DNA of 64,000 bases from Gnetum montanum (Eukaryota > Plantae > Gnetophyta). The stretch is from the NCBI GenBank assembly GCA_015680685.1, contig MNCI01001323.1:6644-70643 (forward strand), written 5' to 3'. A model generated the notes under the pieces. The model was given only the letters and a program-made list of their open reading frames with translations. It had not been told where the DNA came from and ran no database searches. Each line of letters starts with the position of its first letter. Positions within the stretch are counted from its first letter, which is position 1. Shown here one piece after another: positions 1 through 12,575 of this stretch. Position numbers and translations under genes: made by a program.

Positions 1-600
1 GATAGATAATACATTTTGAACTTGATGAAGTCATTCACTACACCTTTGAAGATGGCTAGTAGATGTGTCTTCGCTAGGGGTTCATGCACTTCACTCAATG
101 CAACATTCCAACGTTGAAGGAATTTTGACATGGGTTCTAGAGGCCCCTAGTTAACTTGCATAAGTTGGTCAAGGGTTACTTCAGGCTTTAGGTTGTACTT
201 CAAGCGTGCCACAAATTAGCTTATGAGATCCTCCAAAGAGGATATTGAGGCCTTTGGTAGCATGCAATACTGGTCTAAGGCCTTGTCCATGAGTGACATG
301 GGGAACACATGCATGATGGTGTGTGGCCAACTTTGAAGGAGTAGGCACTTAGGTCAAAATGTGACCAAGTATGCATTGGGATCTCTTTCACCATTGTACT
401 TGGTGAATTGTGGTAGTTGGACCCCAGTTGGGAGAGTTAGAGGTGGTACCATAGGACTGATGGGGTCATCTCTATAGAAGTCCACCACCTTAATAGTGTC
501 GAAGGAGGTAGCTTTGAGTTAGTTGATCTCCTCCATCAAGCTTTGGATCAGCTGGAACACCTAATTTAAGCTTGGGGATGTGCTAGCCAATTGCATTGTC
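1..600 (-). pseudogene. Degenerate Tat/Ogre-type Ty3/gypsy gag fragment
   Basis: Minus-strand translation VFQLIQSLMEEIN*LKATSFDTIKVVDFYRDDPISPMVPPLTLPTGVQLPQFTKYNGERDPNAYLVTF*...VFPMSLMDKALDQY...SISSLEDLIS*FVARLKYN. It is collinear with the gag at ~45400-45800. Confidence 0.85.
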
Positions 601-2734
601 TAGGCTTGTGTTAGTTGCATAGCATAGGATATAATTGTTGGTTGCAATGTGGATCTAGTGGGATAACTCATAAAACCATCCATGAGCCTTCTAAACTACT
701 AGATTTTGACCTTAAACCTTAATCCTTGACACTAACAACCCTAAGGACTGACATGCATGGTTGATTCACTGCCAAACTAGTCTAGATCTAACATTTCTAA
801 TCCATCCATGATGGGGGAGGCCTAATCCATGTTGGATAATATGGAGTGAGTGTGGATGAGTTGCCTTTTCACTTTGGTAGTAGATTGACACCCCTGGAGA
901 CCAAAAGCCTACATCAGTGAAGTCTAAGATCCCAAAAACCTTGAGTTTGACCTCATTTAACCTTTTTTTAGCCCTAAAACTTACCAGATCCCTTGTTTTA
1001 ACCTTGTTTTAGTAAGGAAAAATTAATCAAAAACCATAGAAATCACATCTTATAGTGTTGGGAGCCTGAAAATGTGGTTGATTTGACCCCAAAACCACTC
1101 CAAGATCAAAAAGCTAAGGCATCCCCCATGATCCATGCTAGCCAACATGAAGCTAGTGTGGATACCACCTCCAATTTGATTTAACCCTCAAAACTCTTTT
1201 AACATGCCCTCAAAATTTGGTTTGGGAATTTACAACTATAGAAACTTGGTTCTAGCTACAAATCCAACCCTTTTTTACCTTGTTTAGGCTCAGATTTGGA
1301 TCATCCATATTGATCACCCTCCCATCCATGCTAGCCAACGTGGATACATGGGGTATAAATTTAAAACCTACTTTTTGGCCTTTTTTGACCTTCAAAGTTA
1401 CCAATTTTAATAGATCTATCCCTAGGCTATCTTAGGAAGGTCACCGACTTCTACTTCTGACCCTTTGGATGCCATACAACACACTTTTGTTAGCATCCAC
1501 GTTGGCTTCCAAGAGCTTCTAGAGGTTGAAATTAGTGCTAAAACTAGCCTATTCCCTTCCCTAGTCAATTTTGCTAACATGCAAGCCATCTAAATTTGAA
1601 AATTAACCAAAACAAGTCTTAGAAATCACTTGGATGTTTCCACATTGGGATCATCTCATTCATACTGGCTAGTGTGGGTCCAACGTGGGTACCCCAAAAA
1701 CCTTGCTTTTTTGGCCTAAAAAGCCTTAAAACAATCCCATAAGGTGTCCAAACTCATACATGACCCTTACAGCCTAAAACAATGGCTTGATCAGGCTTAA
1801 AACTAGCAAAATCTAATTCTTTTTTACCATGTTTTAATCAAGTTTTGCCATATGTATTCTAATTTGCTTCATTTGGCCTTGTCTCATCATGTTATGACCT
1901 ATTTTGATTATTTTTGCATTGTTGACCTTGTTTAGCCTTAGTATTGCTTCAATCTCAATGTGTTTTTATTTATTCTTTATATTATAGTCTTTTTTATCCT
2001 TTTTTAGCCTTTTATTAGTGTTTAATGATGGATTTTGATCCTCCTTAACCATCATTTAACACCATGATACCATGGCCTACTAAGGCATAAAACTAGCAAA
2101 GTATAACCATAGTTGATCATGTTTAACCTTATACTACCCTTAGTAACCTCCATTTACTATGCTTTAACCTATTTTGGCATTAGTTTAATTTTTTTAGAGC
2201 CACTTTAAGCATTACTATTAATGCATTTTTACATTATTACATAGGTATCACTTGATGTGCTTATGTTCTAATGTAAGATGAATCTTGAAGGATGAGGAAG
2301 CAAACTCAACTAGCCTTAAAGCCTCAATAAATTCCTCTCGTGATGTTATTATACCAATTTAACATAATACTTTGAAACCATTCTATTATACCATCATAGC
2401 ACCCTAAAGTAGACCAATGATCATTGACATTGAAGCCAGAAACATCATGGAGGGTCCCTTAGTTGAAATTCCCATCAAGGCCATAATGGTAAGGAGAACA
2501 TGCATAGGACCAAGTTCCTTACCAGAACTTAAGCCTACTCATGTTCACATCAAATCCTTATTATGTAACATTGAATCCATCATATAGCCTTGGTTATATC
2601 TAATGCTCACATGTTTGCTTGTAGTGTTGTTTATCCTTATTAACAAGTTGTAATGAATGATTGATGTTAACAAATTTGATGATCTACAATAAGTGAGCCT
2701 GCATGAAATCTTTTGGAAAACAAAGAAAAATATT

Positions 2735-2870
2735 TCAATGGCCTACTAAGGTCTTAAATCAACATCATGGTCTACTATGACCTTAAACTAGAACCATGAC
2801 CTACTAGGGCCTTAAACTGGTAGCATGGCCTGCCATGACCTTAAGCTAGTAACATTGGTGGCCTAGTAGC
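2735..2870 (+). repeat. ~29-bp tandem repeat of the Tat family (CATGGCCTACTAAGGCCTTAAACTGG-like)
   Basis: 4-5 degenerate copies. The same motif occurs in reverse orientation at 14125-14240, 28545-28595, 32330-32420 and 42765-43045. Confidence 0.75.
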
Positions 2871-3802
2871 TTGGTGTTATCATCTTTATGGCATGTGTGC
2901 ATTGCAATGTTATAACATGCTCTATTTGCTTGTTTTTCTTGTTCTATTGAAGTTGTGTTTATAGGATGAAGATTGAAGCCATTGCAAGGGTGCAACTCAT
3001 TATGGTAGTGAGTCACCACATGACCTTGATGTGCAAGATTTGGTGAGTTTGTTCTTCCTCTAGCATTGTACCATTGCACTCCCTCTTACACCATTCCTTG
3101 AACCCAACACTGTAACTTGACAGTAACCTTCCATACCTTGGATAGAAATGTTGACCTATGTTGACACTCATGCATTAGGACCATATGAAATCCCTCCTTC
3201 ATGCTCCACCTACAAGTCCTCTTGAACATAACACATCTCATTCAGTGGAAAATCATTGAGACCATCGAAGGTAACACAACTTATTTGATGAGAAAGCTAG
3301 AATGAACCAGCCTTGGTAAAGAAATCCAATAAAGGTTTCACCCTACAAAAGAAAAAGAGAAAGAGAGAAATGGTGAAGCAAATTGTCAAGAAGTTGAATG
3401 GCCAATGAAGACCAAAAGGACAAACCATCGACTCCAAACATCCAAAGAAAGAATCCTAATGATCAAATAAACTATAGAGAAAAGTGATGGTTCCTCAAAT
3501 GTATTTACTGAGTGAACCACACTTCAAAACATGAAGCATCAAGTTAATTTATTAACCAATATGTTAGTGCCACACTATAGCCATGATGTCAACACTTGGA
3601 AATCATTGTTAGCCTTCACAACCATTTCCCCATGATCTCATTGCCATTTGATCATCATAGTCTTACTCCATCATCATGAGCACTCTTCAACATGGTTTGA
3701 CATGACCGAATCAAGTGTGAAAATAAAACATTGATGCTGGACTTACAATGATGTTTTGTATTCTTTGTTGGTGCCTCTTAGGTCAATTCACTAGACACCA
3801 AC

Positions 3803-3815
3803 AAAGAGGGACCAT
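3803..3815 (+). promoter_or_regulatory. Polypurine tract of element A1
   Basis: AAAGAGGGACCAT lies immediately before TGAAACACCAC. The arrangement is the same at 13175-13187 and 28393-28405 (minus). Confidence 0.8.
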
Positions 3816-5273
3816 TGAAACACCACCAAAATTACATGTTGTAAACTTTGTAATCTTTACCCCATGAAATCCAAGGCTATAAGATTATTGTAAATGTGAA
3901 TATAGCAATCCAAGAAGTGAAATTTCACATTTTTTACTTTTGGGGCATAAAAATGCCTCATATGCGGTCCCAACATCATCCCCCAAGTGAAAAAATTCAC
4001 ATCATCTCCCAAGTAAAAAACTTCATACAATATATATATTTGGGTTGGGAGGGGAATTAAAATTTCCTTTTGGAATGCCAAAATTAGCATTTTTATGTGC
4101 TTTGTGAGGGGTATAATATCTTCTATGCTAGAAACACTTACATGGGGATGTAGCTCACCTACCCCTAGCATGGAAGCATGGGGGTGTAACTCACCTACCT
4201 TTAGTATGGATGCATGGGAGTGCAACTCACCTACCTCTAGCATGGATGCATTGGGGTGCAACTCACCTACCCCTAGCATGGATTCATGGGGATGCAACTC
4301 ACCTACCTCCAGCATCGATGCATAGGAGTGTAGCCCACGTACTTCCAATGTGGATGCCATCCCTCAATGAGGAAGATTTTCCCTCCAATGAAGAAGATCT
4401 ACCCTCCCTAATGAGGAAGATCTACTCCTAGCATGGAAGATCTACCCTTCCCAACTAGGAAGATCTTCCCCCAATGTCAAATATCTATATGGATAAAAAT
4501 TTAGCAAAACTTTTTCAACCAAGTTTGCAGAAATTTGCAATCAATTTTGAACAAAAATTATGGCCAAAACCCTATATAAACCAATCCAAACATCATTTTT
4601 AGATCCATTTTCTTGGCATTTTCCATACTTGGGCATTTTTGGCATCTGAGAGCTCCTACAACCTTGCAAAAACATAGCTTCTTGGAGCCTTTCACTATGG
4701 AAATCCTATAGCCTTGTTACCGCCATTACTCCTACCTCCCCCACCCCCACAACATTTGTGAGCTTTGGACATCCACATTGTGCTCCTAGGATTCTCAAGT
4801 CCTAGCGTAGATCACTCTAGTAGCCCAAATTATTCATACTTCTCATCCCCCAATAGTAACCAACATTGTATATTTGGAATAGCAACAAAGGAGGTTCAAT
4901 AGCATCAGGAGTGGTAGAACATCTAGATTGTGTAGTTGATTACATCTGCTTCAATGGAATCTAAACCCACACCCAAGTGAACCCTCCTACTCTCCTATGG
5001 TCACTTCTTGTACACATCCCTCAATCTCATTCTTTATTTCTTTAATAAAGTATAAAGTTTCAACTTTGTGTGTAATTTGTATTTGTTTTTGGTTTTCAAA
5101 TTTGCATTCTTCTTTTTGCATTATTCATTTTGCATTTTCTAAGTTCCTGGATGATCTGCTGAATCATGTAGGGCACCCTGAATCCCATTTTTTGAAGGCC
5201 ATGGGGATTTAAATTTAAAGCTATTACGTTGGGATTTTTAGTTTTCTTGTAATCAAATTTTTTAGTTGCTATA
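3816..5273 (+). repeat. 3' LTR of Tat-family element A1
   Basis: Starts TGAAACACCAC and aligns with the LTRs at 15349 and 26688-28392. TATA box CTATATAAA at ~4572. Ends TTTAGTTGCTATA (cf. TTTGGTCACAACA). Confidence 0.8.
4141..4470 (+). repeat. LTR U3 minisatellites: 6 x 36 bp followed by ~5 x 21-23 bp
   Basis: Unit CATGGGGATGCAACTCACCTACCCCTAGCATGGATG, then CCCTCCAATGAGGAAGATCTA-like units. These repeats produce the repetitive ORFs 3857-4360 and 4095-4325. Confidence 0.9.
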
Positions 5274-5925
5274 GGATCCTTAGTCAAAGAAATCTTGTTT
5301 TGACCTTAAATTGATCCTTGATCATTCTTAAAACTTTCCCATAAGTATCCTAATCCTTTAAAGATTTAATTTCACTTTCCAAATGCACATTTTTCTTATA
5401 AATTGGGTTTCTATTGTCAATTTTACTACACCTTCATTTTTTAATTAATTCTTATAGTTTTGGTCCTTCATAGGAAATAAACACTTTGTTGCTAATTAAT
5501 AAAGTAGTTTATTATTTGGAATGTGATTTGAGACTCTTTCCTCCATATCAAAGTCTTCATATTTGAACATTTTCTACTCTTTTACTTAAATTTTAACTTC
5601 ATTTTTATTTTATTTCTCATAGTCAATTTCATACTTAGGCTATTTTTGGTAGTTTATACTTTGTCTTTTTCTAGCAATTAGCACTTAGCCATTTTTAACA
5701 TTAAAATATTAATTCTTATCATTCCCCTATTGTTCTTGATTCATGTATGGTAGGTTAAGTTCATATTTAATTGGAGGTTATGCATCCCTTTGTTTCATAA
5801 TCATTGATATATTGAGGGTTATATCAGTTTGCATACCATTTACGATCATGTGTTAAGTATTTCAACACTTAATTCATGGAGGTGTTCATATTGGAGTGTG
5901 AAGAATATTTTTGCAAGAACATTTT

Positions 5926-5942
5926 TGGTGCCATAAGAAGGG
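5926..5942 (+). promoter_or_regulatory. Degenerate primer-binding site (tRNA-Asn type)
   Basis: TGGTGCCATAAGAAGGG matches TGGCGCTAGAAGGAGGG at 13/17 positions and sits just after CA-TTTT. Confidence 0.55.
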
Positions 5943-6087
5943 CTAATAAGATTTCTAGTGTCTTGAACTTATCACCTTATAACTTATTGGTTCTTTTCAA
6001 AACTTAGAATTTTTCTTACTTTGATTATTTTACTTAGTTTTACTTGTTTTCTCTTTTGCACTTGATTCTTGTTCCTTTTCTAAGTCG

Positions 6088-9000
6088 ATGCAGGAAAATC
6101 TTATTGATACCATGTTAGGACATGGATCTAACTCTCCTCATGTCTTCCACATTCCTAAGCTAATGGAAGTGCACCAAGAACATGCTCTTATGACACCCAT
6201 GATGCAACATGACTACAAAGTTGCATGCACTAACTGAGAGTTGAGAATCATGCTATATAAAAATGAGCTAAGGAGAATGGCCAAATATGAGGTATTCAAT
6301 GATTTAAAACCTTTCTTGTTTAACACAAACCCATCTATTGAGTTAACCTTTTCTAAGCAAGCAATGCTAGTAGAATACCTAATTGCTAGAGATGAAGTCC
6401 AAGTTATGTGAAGTGCTATTGGACCTCATCTAATCAGAAATTCCAACAGTAATGTTAGTAGCAAAAATTACTAGTTTTGAGATGAATCCAACAATTAAAG
6501 TAAAGACATAAATATTTATGTTGGAGATGAGAAGGAACCTCCTCATGTTAGTCTTTCTACAAATCGTTTTTACCAGCCAACTAGTTTCAATATACAACAT
6601 GTAATCCTTATTGATTCTACCAACTCATTTTTAGTTCCTATACCTCAAAATATCTTTACTACACTACCTAATTTGATACCCTACTATCATAATCCCACCT
6701 ACAACCAATATGCCATCTACATACAACCTTTTTCCAAATACCAAAACTATTAATTTATCATCTTAAATACAAATTCAAAATTCCAATCCACTACTGAACC
6801 CATTCCATTCATTGTTCTACGTGTCACAAACTCAAGTATCATTTCCATTTCTTCTACATGCATATTAGGTACCTCAATAAAATGTAGCACAAATCATCTT
6901 CATTCCTACCATTGCACCATCATAGCCAATGTTACCCCTTCATAAATCCATTTTGGGTAGTTTCATCGTTTCATTAATTTCTAGTGTTCTTGAACTAATT
7001 CTTTTGCTATAGAATTTGACATCCAGGTTAGATGTGAATGAGAATCAAATAATAAAATTCATAGTTCTATATGGGTCCTGGCCTAAAATTAACATTTCTC
7101 ATCTCCTTATTGGTCCTATTCATCCCTTAATTATTCCTACTCAAGTTTCAAAAGGATTATCAATGCCAAAGTTTACCAAGTGCAATGGGAAAGTTGATTT
7201 CACAAACCATGTTATCACATTCCATAATGAATGCATGCTCTTAGCTAACTATACTCACACTATTTTATGTAGTTTTTCTAAACTCTTGATAAGAAAAACA
7301 CTTTAATGGGTATAAGGCCTTGTCTCATGGGCTCATTACCTTGTTGGAGCACTCCTTCATGACCTTTATGAAGAATTTTAAATATAATATTAACAAGGAT
7401 AAATCTTTGTAGAAATTATTAGCCATTAATGATGCTCCCAATGAGTCTATCTCTAAGTTTTTCTCATGATGGATTTCTAAAATAATGAAGCTTACACATC
7501 CATTTCCTAATGATTATTTTTTGTACATCTTTGAAGGGGAAATAAATTATTACATTAGAGGGAAGTTGGTCTATCCTAGGCAACGTAGCTGCCATGATGT
7601 CATAACCTCTATCAAATACATTATAGAGGTAGTTATTCAATGCAATGATTTGGAGTGGGTTCATTTTCATAACAAGGCAAACAAAGTAGTAGGAAAAGAT
7701 AAATCTCTTCAAAATTTTGGTCAAGGTATTATATCAATAGACTAAACTATATCAAGTTCATCATCAAACAATAAAAGAAATAGTGAAAACAAATCCAAAT
7801 TTAAAAGCCAATGGTAGTAGACAAAATACATTCAATAATAGATGACAAAAAATAAGGCTAAAAAGAAACATGTTCAAATATCACAAAATTTCAATGACAT
7901 ACACTCAAATATAAAACATGCTATTAAAATATAGGCATATGACACCTAAAAAGATTTTGGAATAGACAAAGGCATGATTCAAAAGGATTCAAACCTTGGC
8001 TATTGATTCTTCCTAATGCATGGAATAAGATCCACCTTTCCCCAAGTGGTACAATTCTAATTAGTTTTGCTACTATCATGAGGCTTCAAGTCATGAAATT
8101 GATAATTGTAACATGCTTAAAGATGATGTTCAAGAATTATTGGAAAATATAGAAATCATGTTCAATGCTACTATGGAACCTAGCAATCAAAATATGCAAA
8201 TTTACAAAGATCATCTAAATGCACATTGAAGGATAATTTCAATCTTCCATTTTGAGCTCAAAGATAATTGTTCAAAAATATTTTTTGTCATTCAAATGGA
8301 TTCCATCTAATACCAATCTTTCTTATCCTCTCATTTAATAGCATCAAATTTTGAAAACCCTTTGTTATCAATCTCCATAAGAATGATACTAATGCTTCCA
8401 TCTCTTAAAATATGCATAGGGCCTCATTAGTTCTTAATATGATACCTCATTATGATGAAGTACTTATGTGTTTCCAACGTACCTTCAATTATCCTCCCTT
8501 ACCTCTAAGGAATAGAGTTTCTACACCTAGTCATCATGTTGAATATCCTCCTATTTTATGTTATGCTATTCCTTGATCTCATCCCTTCTCTTCACCTAAG
8601 TCACAAAAGCCTCCCTCGCTCCCTACTTTCACTTTCCCTATTAGGATCCTTATCTAACTCTAAAGAAAGTAGCAACCAACAATAAAGGAAAATAAAAGGA
8701 ACAAGCTAATAAGTAGCCTATTCAAAACAAAAATAAATTTTTATGCTTGGATACATCAAACACAAGTCCTACTTCCATTATTGTCTCAACTCCTTCATCT
8801 ACATCATATGTTATTCTTCTTGCACCAATTTACAAGGATATAACTTCTAGGGGTAATGCTTTACACCAAGTCATTGTTAACATGAAGATAAAAATGATAA
8901 CTCTTTGTCTTTTTGACTTTACCTCAATTTCAAAGAAACATCGTTTGGCATTGGAGAAGCTTCCAAACTTTATTATAGTACCTTGATACATTTAACCTCA

Positions 9001-9749
9001 TGCTTATGTGATCTCTTCAATGCTTAATACTTTGTGCTATGAGGCTGATTTTTTGGTTTTCAAGGAAGAAAATATCAAAAAACATCTTGTGATGGGTGTT
9101 GTATATCAACTTCCAATCTACATCACAATACAGATCATAGACAACATGTCACTACCCATGGTACATGTAGATGATGGATTCGTAACCATTTCAAATCTCA
9201 TGCATAGTCATTGACCATCTTAGTCTTAAAAAAATACATTATGCACTCTAACTACAACTCCTCTTTGGTTTTATTTACTAGTTCTAGATTAGAAAATCTA
9301 GGAGTAATTAAATTATCATTTTCAATAGGAAGTCTAATTACATTTGAAACTATATTTACTATCATTACAAACTTGTATGAAATTAATGTTACCCTAGGAA
9401 GACCTTGATTAGCCAATCATTATGTTGTTTCCTCATCTTTATGTCAAGAGATACATTTTTCTTATAAAGATGAGGAAGTAGGTATATGTGCTAATCTTGA
9501 AATTCCAACTATCTTATGATTAGATGTTATGGAAGAAACTAGCTTATGATCTTAACCTACTCTCATCAATCAAACATCTTCAACGAAACAATTAATGAGT
9601 TGAATTCAATCATTCCTTGGTCATCTAGTGCTTATGAGTTTGTAAACTTAGGATTTGGTGAGTTAGACATTGTCAAGTCTATTAAGAGTGTAAAGGTTTC
9701 TACTAGGTCCAGACCCAAGAAATCTATTACTAAGGCATCATCACCTTAA
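6088..9749 (+). pseudogene. Degenerate gag-protease (Tat type)
   Basis: Gag MPKFTKCNGKVDFTNHVITFHNEC (~7160), Cx2Hx4Hx4C knuckle FCYYHEASSHEIDNC (~8065), protease PIYITIQ..MVHVDDG and NVTLGRP (9110-9408). Confidence 0.8.
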
Positions 9750-11237
9750 AATGTTCCTCCCTTACTTTATCATTTTATTATCATTTATTTTTAATATTTA
9801 TGCACATTTCCTAATGTTGATTGGCTTTAGTTTCATTACATTGTTTAGTTATTTTGCTTTATTATTTTCTCATAATTACTATTCATCTAACATAGCCTTG
9901 TGTATTACTTTATGTCAATGCTTAAAGTTTTTTGAATTACATTTTCATCATATGTTTTGTTTAGCATTATTTTCATTCTTACCTTAGAAAAAATTGCAAA
10001 ATCATAAACATCCTAGAGATTATAAAATTATGAACGCATAACACTCAAAAACCATAAAAAACAATAGCATTGTACCATAGCTAATAGTCCATACAATATC
10101 CATCAAAGTATAGCCCATCAATAATAGTCCATAACATCCTCAAAAATCCAAAAGTCTATAAAAATAAAATCCATATCTAACACATAATAATAGCATCTAT
10201 CCATCAATCCTATATCCTAAATCCACATCATGGCAAGGAAAAATATTTCCCACCACTACTACATCTTCCACATCCTTCTCCTCACTACCAAAACTTCCTA
10301 GAACATCTACACCTCCATAAATAAATAAAAATAAATTCAAAATATTTAAACATAAAATAAATAAAATACTAACTAATAGGAATAGTCAAAAATTTCAAAA
10401 ATAGTAAGACTAAAAAAAATAAAAATAATAAGAAATTAAAACTAAATAAAATATTTTTCTTGCTTGTAGCTACATCACTAAGCCTCACCTCACATTAGTT
10501 ACCTCCTACTATAGGTCTTAGTTTAGAAATCTTGAGGTTAAAAACATCAGCCAACTCCATAATCTCCTCTAGTGAAATGAACAAATAGTCTAAACTCTCT
10601 ATAGAAATGTCTGGAATCTCAAGAAAAGTAAAATCATCCATGCTAGGTTCTGTTGGTGCCAGAACTCTCGGTTGCTAGAACAGGGAAACAAAAAGATATG
10701 AGTGCCAAAATAGTCTTAACCCCAAATCCTAAGGGCCTCTACAAAATGGGATTCAAGGTGCCCTAGATAGTCTTGATGATCACCCAAGAACTTAGAAAAT
10801 GTAAAACAAAAATGGCTATGAAAACATGGACGCATTCATAAAGATAATTAGAAATGAAAATGAAAACATAGATGGATTTGGTTGAATAGAAATGAAAAGA
10901 AAATTGTAGTTATAGAAATAGATGCAAAAATATAAATGAAAACCAAAAATTGCACAATATGAACTACAAAATTTTATATGAAAATATAAATGAATTGGAT
11001 TCACAATGTACAGGCATGTGCCCAAGGGCACAGGAAGTTGCTTGTTGAAGCTTGAAGTTTGTTGGAGAAGGTTACCTCCAAGATTTGGTTTCTTCCCAAC
11101 TTTGATTTTCTACAAGTTTTCATTAGTTTTCACCATATCTAAAAAATGGAAATGGGATTGGATTTACACCTTCAATGCAATGGTAGTTATGTGTGGGTGT
11201 TTCCACCAAGCATAGTGCTAGTTTCTGCAACTAGAAG

Positions 11238-12361
11238 TGTAGTTGGATTACAAGGACCATTGATGAAGTGTATTTTTGTTGGCTCCAATATCAAATATTC
11301 AATATCGAAGCCTTAATATCAAATACTTGATATTGGGGGCCAAGAATCAATGTTGGATATCCAATATCATGGGATGTGTGTGAGCCTATAAATAGAGCAC
11401 TTGGACACATGGTTTGGACATAAGTTTTTTCATAGTATAGTAGAGCTCTTTCAATTTCTTTTCTCCAAAGTTAGAATATTTTTCAAAGTGCTCATAGCAG
11501 GAGTCATTGAATGTATAGATCTTTATTCAAGCACTATTGTACCTAAGCACAATAGTGTATGTGGAAATAAAGATGAGCTTTCTAATAAACCTTGTAGCAC
11601 CTTGGCTAAATTAATTATTTTATTTATAATTTAATGCTTTATGCAATTTTATTTAATGCTTCCAAGTAATTAAGCTAAATTAAGATAAGCTAAGTTAGCT
11701 AAGTTAAATAGCAATAAATTAAGCACATAAGCATGACTGCTTTGAGCATGGACATGATGCTTGGTAATTCCAACAATGCTTAATGTTTGGTAACCCAGTA
11801 GTGTTATACATGTTTAGGATGTGTATTGAAAGTGGAATCAGATACTTATGTTAGGATTAGTTAAAGATCAATGAGTTAGAATAAATTAGACATTAAATTA
11901 TTTCATTTCTTTATTGTAAGCACCAAGAACATAAAACATAAAAAATGATAAAAATCATATACCTTAGTTGCGCTCAAACATAACTTTGCATTTCACAACT
12001 GTAACTAGAAAGACAATGATTGTAACGAGTAGATTTCACTTCCTAGAACTAGTGTACTCAAAGACTTAAAGTCTATGGAATTTGATTGGATCACGTGTGA
12101 ACACTTGTGATTCATATGGTTGAGTGTAGGGGTATTTGCCACTCATAAGCTATAATGTGCTTTGGGTGATGGAAAAATGAGAAATGGTATAGTTACAAAT
12201 TATTTTTGAAATGAAAAAGTGCTTGAAATGTTGAATGATATGCCAAAATGCCCAAAGTTCAAAACAAGTGTGAATGCCAAAAAATGCCAAAAGTTGGGAA
12301 CTATTCTATGGTCTTAATGTTAGGATTTTATAAGGTTAAGGTTGCAATTTTTGTGTCTACC
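11238..12361 (+). mobile_element. Unrelated LTR-like fragment nested in the LTR of element C
   Basis: Plus-strand TATA CTATAAATAG at 11386, preceded by GATATC-type repeats. Possible termini TGTAG.../...TGTGTCTAC. No TSD found. Confidence 0.4.
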
Positions 12362-12429
12362 ATTGAATGTCATTGATTGTTGACAAATTGCTATTGATTG
12401 TGCATTTACTATGGTGACTAATGCTAATG

Positions 12430-12575
12430 CAGTTTTCCAACTACTATCAGCATAGTCCATGAACTACTATTAGTGTAGTTAATGAACTACTACCAACATA
12501 GTCTGCTAATAGTGTTAGCATAGCCCATGAACTACTACCAGCGTAGTCTATGAACTACTATCAACATAGTCCATT
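12430..12575 (+). repeat. ~23-bp tandem repeat in U3 of the element C LTR
   Basis: ~6 copies of ATGAACTACTACCAGCGTAGTCC-like units. Confidence 0.85.

Larger units (their letters stand above)
660..5273 (+). mobile_element. 3' part of a Tat-family element (A1) lacking RT-RH-INT: intron array, pre-RT linker, integrase tail, 3'UTR, PPT, LTR
   Basis: 660-2200 is the reverse-complement homolog of 32300-35900. 2441-2500 encodes NIMEGPLVEIPIK (cf. DIIEDPLVEVPIT at ~31900). The 3'UTR is homologous to 13175-14250. A PPT and LTR follow at 3803-5273. Confidence 0.7.
5274..10650 (+). mobile_element. Tat-clade element A2: LTR 3' end, PBS, gag-protease, post-protease spacer; truncated by element C
   Basis: LTR-like end ...GCAAGAACA at 5921, then a degenerate PBS, with gag and protease remnants downstream. 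Confidence 0.7.

Noticed and set aside
3857-4431. Repetitive ORFs (167, 76, 73 aa)
   Set aside because: By-products of a 36-bp LTR minisatellite that is open on both strands.
3816-5942. Tandem elements sharing one LTR (PPT-LTR-PBS)
   Set aside because: By alignment to B, the LTR ends at ~5273. The PBS at 5926 follows a different LTR remnant, so this is a nested insertion.
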